A DNA stretch of 63,675 bases from Takakia lepidozioides (lineage: Eukaryota; Plantae; Bryophyta): assembly GCA_030704615.1 (NCBI GenBank), contig CM060731.1, forward strand, positions 70,618,001-70,681,675, given 5' to 3'. This document shows, piece after piece, positions 50,401 to 63,520 of this stretch (its first letter is position 1; each line of letters starts with the position of its first letter). The position numbers and the translations under genes were made by a program. The notes under the pieces were generated by a model that was not told the DNA's origin, ran no database searches, and saw only the letters and a list, made by a program, of their open reading frames with translations.

Positions 50401-51174
50401 GCTGCCTGTTTAATTTACCTCCATCCAGGCTTCAAAGGAAGGACGAAGAAAGGTGCAGGGAGAAAAAGCCAATCTTTAATAAATGACAGCTCATATTGCC
50501 AGCATGATTAAAAGAGCTGACTTCCACAGCACCTTGAGATAGCACCCTATGTGCCTAATGTAAGTTGTCGGGCACAGCCTGCAGCATGCCAAGGGATGTA
50601 CAATGTATCTGTTTGCAACCCTGCTATGGGTGTATTTCAAATCTTTGTTGGTTGCTATGGCACAGAGGGGATAGTATATCTGTAATTTCCATTGGGGTTT
50701 GGAAATCATAGTGTGAATCACGAGAGAGTACAGGTGATTTTTGTCTATTTCTTGTTCCTGTTGCCAACAATCTTTTGGAGACGAAGGTTGATTGGACTCT
50801 TGGCAGAACTAATTGGTCGGATTATTTTAGTGTGGGAATGTTTCTCTTTTTGGCTTGAAGTGAATGTAGTCCTCCTTTCCTAATACTACCTGCTGTGGGA
50901 GACCATGGTAGGTAGCTCAACCCATTCAATTTCCTAACCAGCTTATTCAATCGATTTTTTTGCAGCCTTATTGTTTCCCCCCTATAATTGCTTAAATTGT
51001 CCTGTTTTTACCAAACTGGGGAGGTCTTTGTGTAGGGAAACTTATCGCAGGTACTATGCATGCATGTTATGAGCCTGCCAAAAGCTATTCAGGGGTCATT
51101 TGATGCATACATGCTGTATTGACCATAATACTGATCGGGGGAGGGTAGTTTCTCCACAGCTGGCTTCACTACCC

Positions 51175-51395
51175 AGAGCTACTTCCTCCTGCCTATGGCT
51201 TTGATGACCGGTGTGCTTGATTTGGCCTGGAATTCATCACCTAAAGGTGTGGCGCACTAACAACCTTTTGAGAGCTACTTCCTCGTGCCTATGGCTTTGG
51301 CAACCGGTGTGCTTGGGGCTTGGAATTCATCACCTAAAGGTGGGGCACACTAACAGCCTTTTGAAAGGACACCTTTAGGTGATGAATTTGTAGCT
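51175..51395. repeat. About 95-bp tandem duplication followed by an inverted copy of its core
   Basis: GAGCTACTTCCTC...GGAATTCATCACCTAAAGGTG...CCTTTTGA twice, then CACCTTTAGGTGATGAATT and GTAGCTC in reverse complement. Confidence 0.85.
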
Positions 51396-51862
51396 CCTGT
51401 TGCCTTGATTGCCTGGTTCGTCACCCTCCTTGATATGGGGTAAGTTGCCCTCTCAAAGGACTGGAAACAAATGCCCGTCTTATGAATTGTATCCCTGCAT
51501 ATCTCTGCAGCATACTCCAGCCAAAGACCATTATGGCCTACAAGTATTATTTTGGCCTCTCAAGTGAAAGGAAAAAGATGGAAATGTCGTTGCAGTCTAA
51601 AGGGTTTGAGTGAGTGGAAATAGTTAAGAGCACACATGATCTTTCAGGCTTGGTTTCCTTTTCGCTTCGTTGGATATCATCTTAGCAGAGGTTGTTTTCA
51701 TCTGATGATTGCAGGCTTATGGCAACGAAATTCTCATCGATGATTTCTGTAAAAACGTGGTAAGGTCAATCGCAGGTTTCTTCACTGTCCATCCTTGCAA
51801 GGCACACTTTTGCTGGTGTGCTCTTTGTTAAATTATACTGTCTTGGGCCGGCGCAGAAGACC

Positions 51863-52911
51863 TGAATATATATAAATGTCATACTTTAATAAGTGCCTAT
51901 TGTGAGAGTATTCAGAACTCTTCTCTCTCTCAGACATTCTCTCTCACTTACATATGAGGAGCACAGCTCTCCACACCTCATATATAGAGAGCTTATGGCA
52001 CAAGTTCTTTATATACGTTTTCAATATAACAGTGTCACTTTCCTACTTTAGATTTGTTAGATTCTCCTTGTTTGACCCTTTTGTTTTGTTTGAGATTTGT
52101 CTTGTTTGAGATTTGTCGACATACAATGCCATAATTTGTGGACTCTATATTTTATGATGTGACTCTTCCATAAGAAACGCACTTATACTACCATATTCAC
52201 TATAAGATCAGGATTACCATGTAGTGGTTGTATAAGACCTTTATATGACTCAGTGGAGTAGTTAATAGCACTATACTTCTTGTAGAGTTGGACGAATTTA
52301 TGCCAATTTTGCTCTATTTGAGTGAAATTTAATAACATAATATCACTACATAAATTTGATATTCAATCTTGTGATTGAAATGTGGCACAAGTTGCTCTTG
52401 TGCTTCATGAGATGTACTTACTGCAAGATGATGCAGATGACCCACATTACTGAGATTGTGCCCTTGGCCCTTTATCCCTTCTATCCATTCATATTTTTCA
52501 GTTTGCTTCCACTACATGCTATGGTTCTCTTTCATCTAACAAAGATCGATACCGATGGATCCATTGAATTGATGGAAATGCAGCTGAAATGGTACTTACT
52601 CCACCTCCGTTCTTTGACATTTTGGTTTTTGTCTTAATTGAATATTTAGTCACTCTCATCTCTAATCTTTAGACCTGAAGCTCTAATATATAAGACTTAA
52701 AAAGGAAATATAAATGTCTTACTTTATTAAGTATGACCAAGCATTATCCGGGGACACTAACTCTTCTGTATCACATCCACGCTTTCTCACTTACATGTGC
52801 TCCCTATATGCAGTGCATATAGTACAAGTTACTTATATATAGTATCTATTTCTAGTGACTATTTAGACTCCCATTAGGAGTTAGTAAATGTTGAGGTTGT
52901 ATATTCCAACA
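51863..52911 (-). mobile_element. Two related solo/remnant LTR-like sequences (about 51863-52031 and 52703-52911)
   Basis: Both share ATATAAATGTC.TACTTTA.TAAGT, TCTCACTTACAT and CAAGTT. The second ends TTCCAACA (TGTTGGAA on the minus strand, a Copia-like LTR start). No clean TSD. Confidence 0.5.
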
Positions 52912-52954
52912 CGCTTAGGATAATTGTCGTAGAAGATTGAGGGATGTTCAGATT

Positions 52955-53075
52955 ACTGTGATAGCTGTCTCAGCCATACTGCTTCTTTTGTTGGTGTCTT
53001 ATATTCAGCTTTGGTACTACCTAGACAGTGCTACTGTACGTTGATGCTCACCACCATCTCCACCTAGTATATAAG
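52955..53075 (-). mobile_element. Copia RNase H fragment
   Basis: QRTVALS/STKAEYK..TKEAVWLRQL across a frameshift. Confidence 0.55.
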
Positions 53076-53949
53076 TATACCCAAGGACAAACCAGACTTG
53101 TTAAAATAGAAAGACATTATTAAAAGATAAGTTAAAGAGATGCAACTCTTAGAGTTGAAAGGATGTAATTCGTATAAATATATGTATTGTGCTCAATAGT
53201 AAATAATTCAAATATCTCTCTCTAATTTCTGCAAGACTTGGTCGTAAGAACTCGACGATCATGTGCAGGATATAGTGGACCTTCCAAAGAGAAATTGATG
53301 GTATGAGGATCTTATCTTCCGTTCTTATGCTACATATATCTTGAGGAAATTCGAGTAGATTTATCCACTAGTACACTTTCTTTTTCAAGTTTGGCACATG
53401 AAGCATGTCTTCAACTAATTGTGTTCTTAGACCTAATGTCATACATATCGAATGCCTGAAGTGCTATCATCTCCCAAGTGTAAGGGAGAATCAAATGTTT
53501 AGTAAGTAGTAAACCATTGTCTGTGAGGTGTCATGTGCTATGCTGCATTAGGATCTAGTACCAGGTATCTTTAGAAATGGTCACTAGACAAACAATTGGA
53601 GACCATGTGCTTCATTCGAACCTGCAGTGTCTGCGGGGGACTTCAATGTCCCATTGGCTGGATCTACTGCCTTCATTCTACATGCAATGTGCATTTTTAG
53701 TATGATATTGGAAGCACTTACCTATTTTTCCTTTATGGTTGTTGGATTTATTAATCTAAAGTGTGAGTTAGTAATACATCACTGCGACTCGTATTCTTAC
53801 GCCAGTATACAATCGATCACGTTTTCAGAATATCACATTGGAGTGTTCTGTCACACTCTCTCTCTCTCTCTATACCGAGTCTACAAGATTCATTCTCTCT
53901 CTAGATTATGCTCCCTTGGGTGTGTTCTTTACTATCTATGCGTTTATCC

Positions 53950-56900
53950 CAGTGTTAGGCGGTTATCAGGTTTTCGTGAGCTCCTCCGGTGCAGGTTCTT
54001 TGCCAATTGCCCCTTCTTTAGAACCTCCGGAGGCAGTTAAATGGACAAAAGAAAAAATTAAATAACCTGCCGGAGGCGATTCTTTGATGTTTTCAAAAAA
54101 CCCGGTTAAGTTCAATTCCGGTTATTAAAGACCTTTGCACAGGCGGTTTTTTGAACAGGTTCTGGAAGTTCAATATACTTCATAACCGGTAGATAACCAG
54201 CGGTCCTTAAAACGGTTATATTGCGGTCATGTAAATGAACTATTTATAAAATAAAAATTTGCATATATTGGAATGATGAAAAAAAAAAAAAAAAAAAATA
54301 AATGCCAAGCAGGGATTGACCAGCCATGTAAGATGGTTAGCCCTTGAAACTGGATCATCCAGATGATCAATAATGGACATCTTAGTTACCAGATTGGTTT
54401 CATATAGATTTTTTCATTATGTAGGGTAAGTTATTCAATGATTTGAAGAAATATTACGGCATCCATCAATACCTTCTTCACATACACTGATTTTTGTATA
54501 TCCTACACACTCTAGGCAGCTACCATAATCCCATGGCAAGGATTTTCATTGTAGAGCCTTTCTTGTTGCTTCAGATTTCTGTCAAGACAAAGCAGCAAAA
54601 AAACCCAATCAGCACATATAATTTTAATATAAATGGATGGATTGCTAAACAACATTGCAAACTAGAAAAAGTGAAATGAATCTTACCATTAGCACAACAC
54701 TAGAAAGTCTCATCGCCCTCGGGAAATTCCTCACGTTCAACTTCATCATCAAATTCCTCGTCAAGCTGCTCTTCCAATTCATCCTCAAGCTCCTTCATAT
54801 CATCCAGCACTTTGAAACTCTTGCAACCCTCTCTCAGATCATTAGGCCAATTTTTTGCAACAAAGATCATCTTGTCAAGATTGTTTCTTTGCAAACGACA
54901 ACGACGTAAAGCAATGAGGATTCCAGCAATAGAAAATATTCGTTCTGTCTCAATTTGGCTGCCAACAATTCCCAATATCTGCCGAGCCAGATGACCAATA
55001 GTTGGAAACTTTAGTTCATGAGACCTCCACCAGGTCAGAGGGTTACTGCAATTCTCTACATCAACTGCAAAACGTCGGAACAAAGCCAATTCTCGGATGA
55101 CATGTCTTTGGTGGTTTCTGCCGTTGTTTCGGAGGTCGTGAATAAATCATGAGTGTCGCCATGCACTCGACCACAATCACTTTCCAAGGGGCTAGATGGT
55201 ACCTAAACTTGGAAACGTGCGAGAAGCAAAGGATGTAAAGATTTCGTGTCATATTCTTCCACGATTCGGAGGGCCACCTCTCGGCCTACATACTCCGAAA
55301 CCAAAGCCATGCCCCTGAAGCGAGGATCAAGCATCAAAGCAAGCATATTATGGGCTTTTGACTTGTCGTACTTATGCATGAAAACCAAGAAAGGTGACAA
55401 AACACCAATCACTTCTTTCTTCATTGCAACATTCAAATCAGCCAACTCCCGGTCAAAGCCATTGGTTTGTGAGGCTTCGACAAACCTGTTTTCAATCGTA
55501 ATCGCTGCAATCTCTCGCTGGAATTGCAACGACATGGTTACTGCCACATTCAAAGCGTCGGTGAGCAACCAATGGCCTCGACTTTGGTTGAGCACGCAAC
55601 TAGTGACAACAGGAGATAGTGTTTTCACAACAGCCCCAGCAATAGCCCAAGTTTTACCGGTGGGAACTCGAGTTTGCAAGACCAATGTTTGACGGCTATA
55701 GCATAAATTGATGGCAGTTCGGAAACGTAGAGCATCCTCAAACATCAACACCCTACTTGCAAACCTGCACCCTCCCCATAGATACTACATCAAAATTCAA
55801 CGAGTGACCACATAGCAAATATCATGAACAATTAATGGTGACCACAATATTGCAGGAAAATTGATTAGGTTATAAACAATAAACAACCAGATTACAAAAC
55901 ATAATTCTAACCAGATTACAGTAATATTAATAGTGATGACCAGATTGTCACAAAGCATCAAAAGTAGTATACACTGTAAAGACATAATTAATACTAGGCC
56001 TACATCAGATTGCAGATGCATTAATTATGATCATAGTACAAACAAACATAAAATAACAAACTTACCTTGTTTTGACAGGAGTATTAAGCTTGCGGGGCCG
56101 CATGCCAGAATCTATGCATGCCTTCTGCCATTCCTTACGGCCCTTACCTGACTTCTTAGGCCATGTAATGCATTTCTGTATGTCACTTTGGGCAACCTTG
56201 ATGGAGACATAGAATTAACCCTATACATACTTTCTCATCCGTGGTGGCGTATTGGCATGCTTTTGACATAGCATGTCCAAAGCATGATCCAGAGAAAGGT
56301 TCCTTCAACTATAAATTGTCACAACTCACAACTGACTTGAGTGCTTGTGTCATGCTTGCCAAATTTGAACCCTCGTCTTTTACATAGCACAGTATCTTTT
56401 TTGTCAAAGAGAACTTAGCAAGAAGTTGCTGAAGTTTCATGGCCATGGCCTGACCACTTGTTTCTGTGGCTTCAAACAGGCCTATGGTTCCATGTTTTGG
56501 TTCTCAATCAGATGACAAGAAGTTAATGACGAGGGCAAAAACATCATAAGCTCCTTTGGACATCCACAAATCAAAGCTGGCTGTAGCCAAGACACAAGAG
56601 GCCAAAGCAGGAACAACAAAAGTTTGTAAGGTTCTCTCAACTAGTGAAGGCAGCACCTCCTCAGTAAAAACTTTCATACTTGGGAAGACTACCCTGGGAC
56701 ATAGACGGAGGGCCATTCTTTGTAGCCAGATCGACTCGACTGTCCTAAGAGGCATGTACTGTTTAATGACCATCAAAACCAGATCCTCCAAAAAGGCCTT
56801 TTGAACTGGGTCATCTTTCTTGAATGGGTTGACAGCCCCAAAATATTCTGAAATTGCAGTTGGACTGACACCAGGATGTTTTTTAGCAGGCTGTCGATCC

Positions 56901-58232
56901 AAAGGGTCCCTCTCTCTACTATTTACTTCTTCTTCATATTTTGAAGACACCCGCAAGTGCTCTACCTTAACGTGTTTTCTCATTGTTGTGATGCCATTGG
57001 CCTTGAAGTACGTGATGAGACCTTTTCGACATCTGGTGCGTAATGCTAATATGGCGGGACCAACTGTGGCAGTATGACACATAATGCATCACATTACCTG
57101 AGGCTTAGCTACATCCACTGGCATGTTGTCATTGATGTTGTAAAACGCCCATGTTGGAGAGTTTCGATTCTGATGTTTCCAGAATCGGGCCTGTTCACGC
57201 AAGAGTCGTAGCTGACTGTCCAGCAATAGTCGCTCCCCTTCCTCATCATTAGATGACACCAATTGCTCACTTGGTTCCTGGCTCTCTGTGGCCCCTCCAA
57301 AACTCCCAATCTCCACATGTCGATCCAATGATTCTGTAGCATGGTTATTGCTGGCAGATCCTAAAGATTCCCGTATAGGGGCAGAGTGATCAGAAACCAA
57401 ATCATGCATAGAAGCACTTGCACATTGACTATCCATTGCCCACATCTCATTCAATTCGTAGTAACTTAATGCCCTCAAGATAGAAATATGGTTTGCAGAG
57501 CTAAAAGTTGATCAAGAGACAACACATGAAAAGCTTTTAACTACTTGACAAAGTGTGGGTTCCACCACACATGATCACACGATGCAAAGCCACGACATCC
57601 ATGCTCTAGACACCCTAAATTACAAGTCAAGATGGGCCTACAATCTCGGACCTACCCCACCATCCCTCTAGCTACCCACCACACATCACACATCTGTGTA
57701 AGATAGCTTGCTCCTGTCTGAAGACTCCTCCATACTCTCAAGTGGGTTCCACCACAGATCATAGAGGCCAGTGCATGCTCCATAGATCCTAAACTAAACC
57801 AACATAATAACAAAATGGAAAGAGGGGCCCGCATACTACCTCAATAGCTTGAGAGGTGGTTGCCGCCCTTCCACACCTAATTAATTACGTACTCCAGCAG
57901 CCGAATCCAGCAGCCGCCTCACAATGAAGGGAGGTTTACTACGGATCTTCTTAGCCACCATGAAAAGACGAAAAGCATTCTTCACACCAACCCTACTGGC
58001 GAAACTTGTTTCTAAACCCTATCACCTTGGACTGATGTGTCACATTAATCTTAGCAAGGGTATATGCTGACACTATTTATTGATAACCGGGTCCCTTTTT
58101 AAGGCCATGGCCGGATACCAATAAATAAAAAACCAAATTTGCTCGCCGGTTCTCGAAGCCCGCCGGTTATCTCAACCCCTAGCCTCCGCCGGATCTGTCT
58201 ATATCCAGTTTTTTTTATTTTTGCACCTCCTC

Positions 58233-58273
<41 letters not shown>

Positions 58274-58328
58274 CCGGTCTAATAACAGGCGGTTATAACC
58301 GGCCAAAGTTCATAACCGCCCAACACTG
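53950..58328 (-). mobile_element. Full-length hAT DNA transposon (4379 bp) with perfect 8-bp TSD GTTTATCC
   Basis: TIRs CAGTGTTAGGCGGTTAT / ATAACCGCCCAACACTG. TSD at 53942-53949 and 58329-58336. ACCGG/CGGTT subterminal repeats and (TA)n at 58237-58272. Confidence 0.95.
54700..57478 (-). pseudogene. hAT transposase (BED-like finger, DDE core, C-terminal dimerization domain), inactivated
   Basis: SPTWAFY...C..C...GITTMRKHVKVEH; SFDLWMS; KDEGSN; CFGH; LMLDPRF; NPLTWWRSHELKFPTIGHLARQILGIVGSQIETERIFS.AG...RRCRL. Stops at 57089 and 56504, and frameshifts. Confidence 0.9.
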
Positions 58329-58589
58329 GTTTATCCCAAGAGGTCTTCGTCACACCCTTTCAAATCTTGACTATTTCATTATTAGAGGATTTTGTCTTTT
58401 CTTCACTCCCACTAATGCTCATTAGTTAATTCGTAGCTTCTCTGAGATTTGATCTTCTATCTTCACGAAGACGAGCTTCAGGTCTTCTATGCAGAAAATG
58501 TGTTGAACATCTTTCATTTGGAAGTCTGCCACCATTGAAGAAGTAGAAATATATTCCAAATATACTTCTCCAGCTTGTACTTGCTCTCG

Positions 58590-59090
58590 AATAGAATGTA
58601 CTCATAAGACGACGTTTGGCGTGTCTTGTGGCCATTGATCCCGTGCCCAGTTTGAGCGGAACACAAAGCGACAGAACCTACCTTGTTAGGGGCTGACGCC
58701 AATTGTAAGACTTATCTTGGAATAAACAATTGATCGGGGTTTTCAAGATATCCTCTAGAAATCCCTTTACACAAGCATCTACCTACTGTGCCCAATAATT
58801 AGGCCCCAAAAGGGCCTCGGCTTTTGGCTCAGCCTCGAGATTTTCGAAGTTGGTAAAGAGATGTAGAGACACAATTTCCTTATTGATTTGAATAGAGTGT
58901 CTCTATGGTGAGAGAACCCCGTACAATGAATCAAAAAATGAATATTGTCTTCAGGTTGCCGACACAATGGGCAATTGCACTCTCCCTTTCTTATGTGCTT
59001 CTGTTTGTTGTTGAAAGGTAGGCTTCCCGCCCTGAGTGCTCTCGAATATTGTGGTGTTGTATGTCTATGTGTTTGCTTGTGGTGTGAAAC
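58590..59090 (-). mobile_element. LINE 3'-end fragment, copy C (longest; includes zinc knuckle)
   Basis: LRAGSLP...CPLCRQPEDNIHFLIHCTGFSHHRDTLFKSI. The 3' nucleotide tail matches copies A and B. Confidence 0.8.
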
Positions 59091-59094
59091 GTAG

Positions 59095-59535
59095 AGTTCA
59101 TTGATAGAGCAAAAGACTTCGATTATCAGCATGAATGACCGCATGTTTCTCTTGTAGAAATGCTAGTTCTGATATTAACCTACGTATCCAAACAGCTTTT
59201 GTAGCCGCTTTCGCTAATGTTATGTACTCCGATTCAGTGCTCGATAAGGCAACTGACCTTTGTTTCTTGCTAGACCAATAATACCTCTCCATATAGGGCC
59301 TTACTCAATTTACAAACCATATAAGGTTTGATTTCCCAACTGGACACCTTTTGGAAATTCCATATAAATCTCTTCTTCTACAAGTCCATCAAGAAAGCAG
59401 GCTTTACATGAAGCTATTGTACCTCTAGGTCAAATTACGCACCTAAAGCAAGTATGACTCTAATACATGTTAACTTAACTATAGGAGAAAATATCTCGTT
59501 GGAGTCAACACCTCATATCTGGGAATATCCCTTCC
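59095..59535 (-). mobile_element. Copia RT/RNase H fragments
   Basis: GYSQI*GVD..EIFSPIVK...IRVILAL; KLSKALYG; WSSKKQRSVALSSTESEY..LA.A..AVWIRRL. Confidence 0.8.
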
Positions 59536-59829
59536 TTCGATACTCTTTATTAATTGTTAGGTGGTTTCTTAGACAAATTGCCTTAGTGGGTTTGGACTTA
59601 ATACTTCTTCACTTGGCAATGTATTATTCTTTGCAATAGATGGACGTCTCTCGCAATTACCTATGCGTGATTATATGGTCGATAGATAGAGCCTGTGGTC
59701 CTACTCTGATATAGGACCAGGACGATGAACCACGGTAGGATCTATGGATCAACAAAAAGTTTCCACATCTGAAATTGTGAGTAATTTATTCATTAGTTGT
59801 AAATTACACAAATATATTGATGTTTGAAT

Positions 59830-62800
59830 ATATTTACAACATGGGTTGTAGCCCGGTGGTAAGACGCACATGCAACCACCTTACATGAAAGATCGGATGA
59901 ATTCTCAATTCCACCCGTCTCGTCTTTGTGCCTTCTTTAAAGCTGTTTTGGCGAACTCCATTCTAACTTGCTAAACATTCACATACTCCCCTGCGGAAGG
60001 ATTTTTCATTCTTTGTAATTTGGCAAGGCTTGTCAGCGGTGAAACCAAATTCTTGTCAAATATAGTTTCAAATGGCGTTTGGCCAATAGATGGATGTTTA
60101 GAGTTGTAAGCAATTTCAGCAGTTGGAGTACAATCCTCCTAATCAAGCTAGTGAGCGTTTATATATAATCTAATCAACTCCTCGAGAATATAGTTTATCC
60201 GTTCTAATTGTCCATTTGTTTGGGGATGGAAAGTTAGGCTCATGTTAAGCTCACCTCTCATGAATGCAAAAGCGTTTTCCAAAACTGCCCAGTGAAACGA
60301 ACATCACGGTCAAAGATGATGCCTTTTGGCATGCCATGATATTCGATCACTTTTAAAAAAATAGTTTTGGTATTTTTGGAGCACTAGCATTCACATTATT
60401 GAGGATAAAATGGGTTCGTTTACTTAAGTGACACACCACCACTAGGATAGCATCATGCCTTTGTGCCGCATAGGCAACTGCATTATGAAATCCAAACTTA
60501 TCAACTTTCATGTTCCTTAAAAGAATTGGTAATGGCTGGAGAAGCCTCGCATATTTCTTTTGCACTACTTTTTTCTGGTGACATATAATACAAGCTCAAA
60601 TAAATGTCTTTAACATCTTTGAGCATGTGTAGTCAAAAATAAGTTTTCTTTATAAATTCATAGCATTTAGCTACATCAAAATATCTAGCTAACTAGAAGA
60701 ATGATGGTCAAGTAACAACTACAACCGCCACTTCCATTTGTATGAATACATACTCGATACTTGTATCGACTGATTCTGTCGTCTTATACATAAGCTCGTA
60801 CATCAATATCAAAGGTTTGGGAACCTTTCTCTTTCCGACGTACTACTTAGGTATAAATGTCAACGAAGTATGAATCTTTTCCATATTGCACCTTTAATTG
60901 GTCCAACAACGAATTGTGAATTGTGCTCAATAGAAAATTCCGTCGGCTCAAGGCATGAGCTACGACATTCTCTTTGCCAGGACGATAGTCCAAATCAATT
61001 AGATGTCATTTTCTCATGCCTTAGAACATGGCATCACTATTTGATGGAAAGAAGGTTTACTATCGTACTGATAATGTTAGTTTAAATTTTTTTGAGACGC
61101 AACCTAATTTGTCCACAAGACAGACTAGGTGACAAGAGTTTTCAGCATTGTTCGATAATTTCAGCATTAACTTCTTAGACTTTATGCCACCGGATGCCCA
61201 TCCTGATACAATGCCGCACCTAGTGTAGTTTGGGATGCATAAGTAGCGCCTCAAATGGCACATCGAGGTGTGCAATGCATAGCACAAGAACTGCTATTAA
61301 CATTTGTTTAAGTTGATCAAAAGCGTTTTCAAAGCATGGCATCCACACATAGCTCACATCTTTCTTTAAGATATCAGTTAAGGGTGCTAACGACCTTGAA
61401 AATTCCCTTATGAACTTCCGATTCAAATTGACAAGGCGAACGATCTTAGTTCATGCACATTTTTAGGAGAAACCTAGTCCAAGATCGCTTGGAATTTTTT
61501 AGGGTCCATGGAAATATCATTAACGCTATTGACATGGTCAAAAAAAATTAATTGAAGTTAAAAACTCGCGCTTGGAAGATTTACCATACAATTTATTCTT
61601 TAACAATTCCCTAAAGACTTATATTAGATGTTGCAAGTGTTCTTGGACCGACTTGCTGTAGATGAGTATATCATTGAGATCCACCACTACGAGCTTCTCC
61701 AGGAATGGGCTCAAAACTTTATTCATAAGGTCATGAATGTTGTTGGCATATTGACATGTCCAAATTGCAAATTTACCAAATACTTGTAGCTCCCATAATG
61801 GGTTCTACAAATAGTCTTTTCCACATCATTTTCTTTGATGTGGATTTGATGATATCTTGATCGTAGTTGATTTTACTAAACACGGTTCCATCGTCTAGCA
61901 CATCGTCTATTCTTGGAAGTGGATCCCAAAGATTAACTCTATGGGGTGTTGTTCTATACCCCAGGGAGGCAGTTCCCTAGGTAGATCATTAGGAAAAACA
62001 TCTTGGAACTCATTCAGTAATTCTTGCACTTTTGCAAGGGCTTATCTAGGCTTGTTCATTTTCTTTTATACCATAAAGAGAGTGTGAGTAGCACCAGTGT
62101 CTATTAGAAATGACACCACCTCCACCATCATATAGCCAAAGTTTTTAATTAATGGAGTACTTATGAATGCCTCGTTACGAATTTTGCTCTCTTTCCGTTG
62201 CACTTGTTGCCAAGCTTTAATACATTAATATCTCCATCTTTTGATATCTCCATCTGTATTTAAAGATGTAGTCTTGTACAGATCCACTTTGTCTGATGCT
62301 TTTGAAGCTTCATTCAATGGCGTAAACTCAGATAAAATCATTGCTCGGAATGCATCTTAGGTCTCAACCCGCTTGTCAAGATGCTCCTTCCAATGCATTG
62401 GCTTGTCTAACCATCAATTTGCGGCAAAACTTTTGAAAAAGGTTGACCAAAACAGATCATCTCCTCTTCCGAAGTTTTTTTTTTTTGCAAGCACATATAG
62501 ATCAATTGAAAATAACCAAAGCTCCGATATTTTTACATTTTTTTTCCAAAGATTTTAGAATGGGGATGAGGCTTGAATACACTTTTTGTATTTTGCTCGT
62601 TGGTGGTAAGGAATGGATTGTTCTTTATGCTTACTTTAGCCAATTCTTATAATTCTTGATTTGGCTTCTTAATTCTTTCATTTCCGTTTGCATGGCTTCA
62701 ATTTTACTGCGGTCCTCCATACTACTAGCTTTCTTTGGACTTGTAGAAGATTTGTTTTCTTCTATTAATGCCGCAGTATGAGATGACTCCCCTTTTTAGT

Positions 62801-63000
62801 GTTCTAAGACTTCTCTCAATTCTTGACGAGAAGCACAACAACCTTGACTACCCTTAATTGAGCCAATTCTTCAAAGGTATAAGATTGTTTCTTATCCCTT
62901 CCTTTCCATGGCATCAGAATGAGTTATTCTCATTGAATCTTTATAACCCCATTGCTATTTGACATAATTTTTTAATCAATCCTTAAGTTACTACTGGTAG
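59830..63000 (-). mobile_element. Ty3/Gypsy internal remnant (gag-like, protease, RT, RNase H, integrase), heavily decayed
   Basis: FLIDTGATH (about 62085-62112); RT RKFI..FS....PLTD.LKK; DAS...LGAALYQ; YRPGKENVVAHALSR; integrase LLQPLPI, LSKRTHF, FHPQTNGQLER.N. Confidence 0.85.
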
Positions 63001-63199
63001 AATGTTACTTTTAACTTAAGTCTCACAATCTTTTCATTTTGATGTAGCCTGTCATACCAACTGTAATGAAACTACTTTTATTAAGGAGTGCAACCAAGTA
63101 ACAGTTACGTTAATGGTCTTGGAAACTAACAAGTCGATAGTGACATTATACATTGGATCAAACAAACCAAACAATAATGCAAATATTATAAACGAACTC

Positions 63200-63520
63200 A
63201 ATGGTGAGAAGGTTAAAATCAATAGATGTAAAGACACTAACATTATGTAAAGCCTATATCCCAGGGAAACAACACAGGGATGAATTCTTTATTGAAGGAG
63301 GTACTAGAATTACAGAACTGTTAGGTCTAATACATGTAGACCAATGCAGACTGCAACACAAAGTGGATCTAAGTACTTCATCACTTCATAGATGATTTCT
63401 CTAGATTTATAGTTGTTTACTTATCAAATCATAAGTCTGGAGTTTCAAAGATTCAAACAGTACAAGGTATTAATTGAAAATCAGTTTAGTAAGAAAATAA
63501 AAGTTATAGGGCCTAATGGA
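63200..63520 (+). mobile_element. Copia GAG-pre-integrase/integrase fragment
   Basis: LCKAYIPGKQHR..F......TELLGLIHVD.C, followed by YFI.F.DDFSR and ENQFSKKIK in broken frames. Confidence 0.7.
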
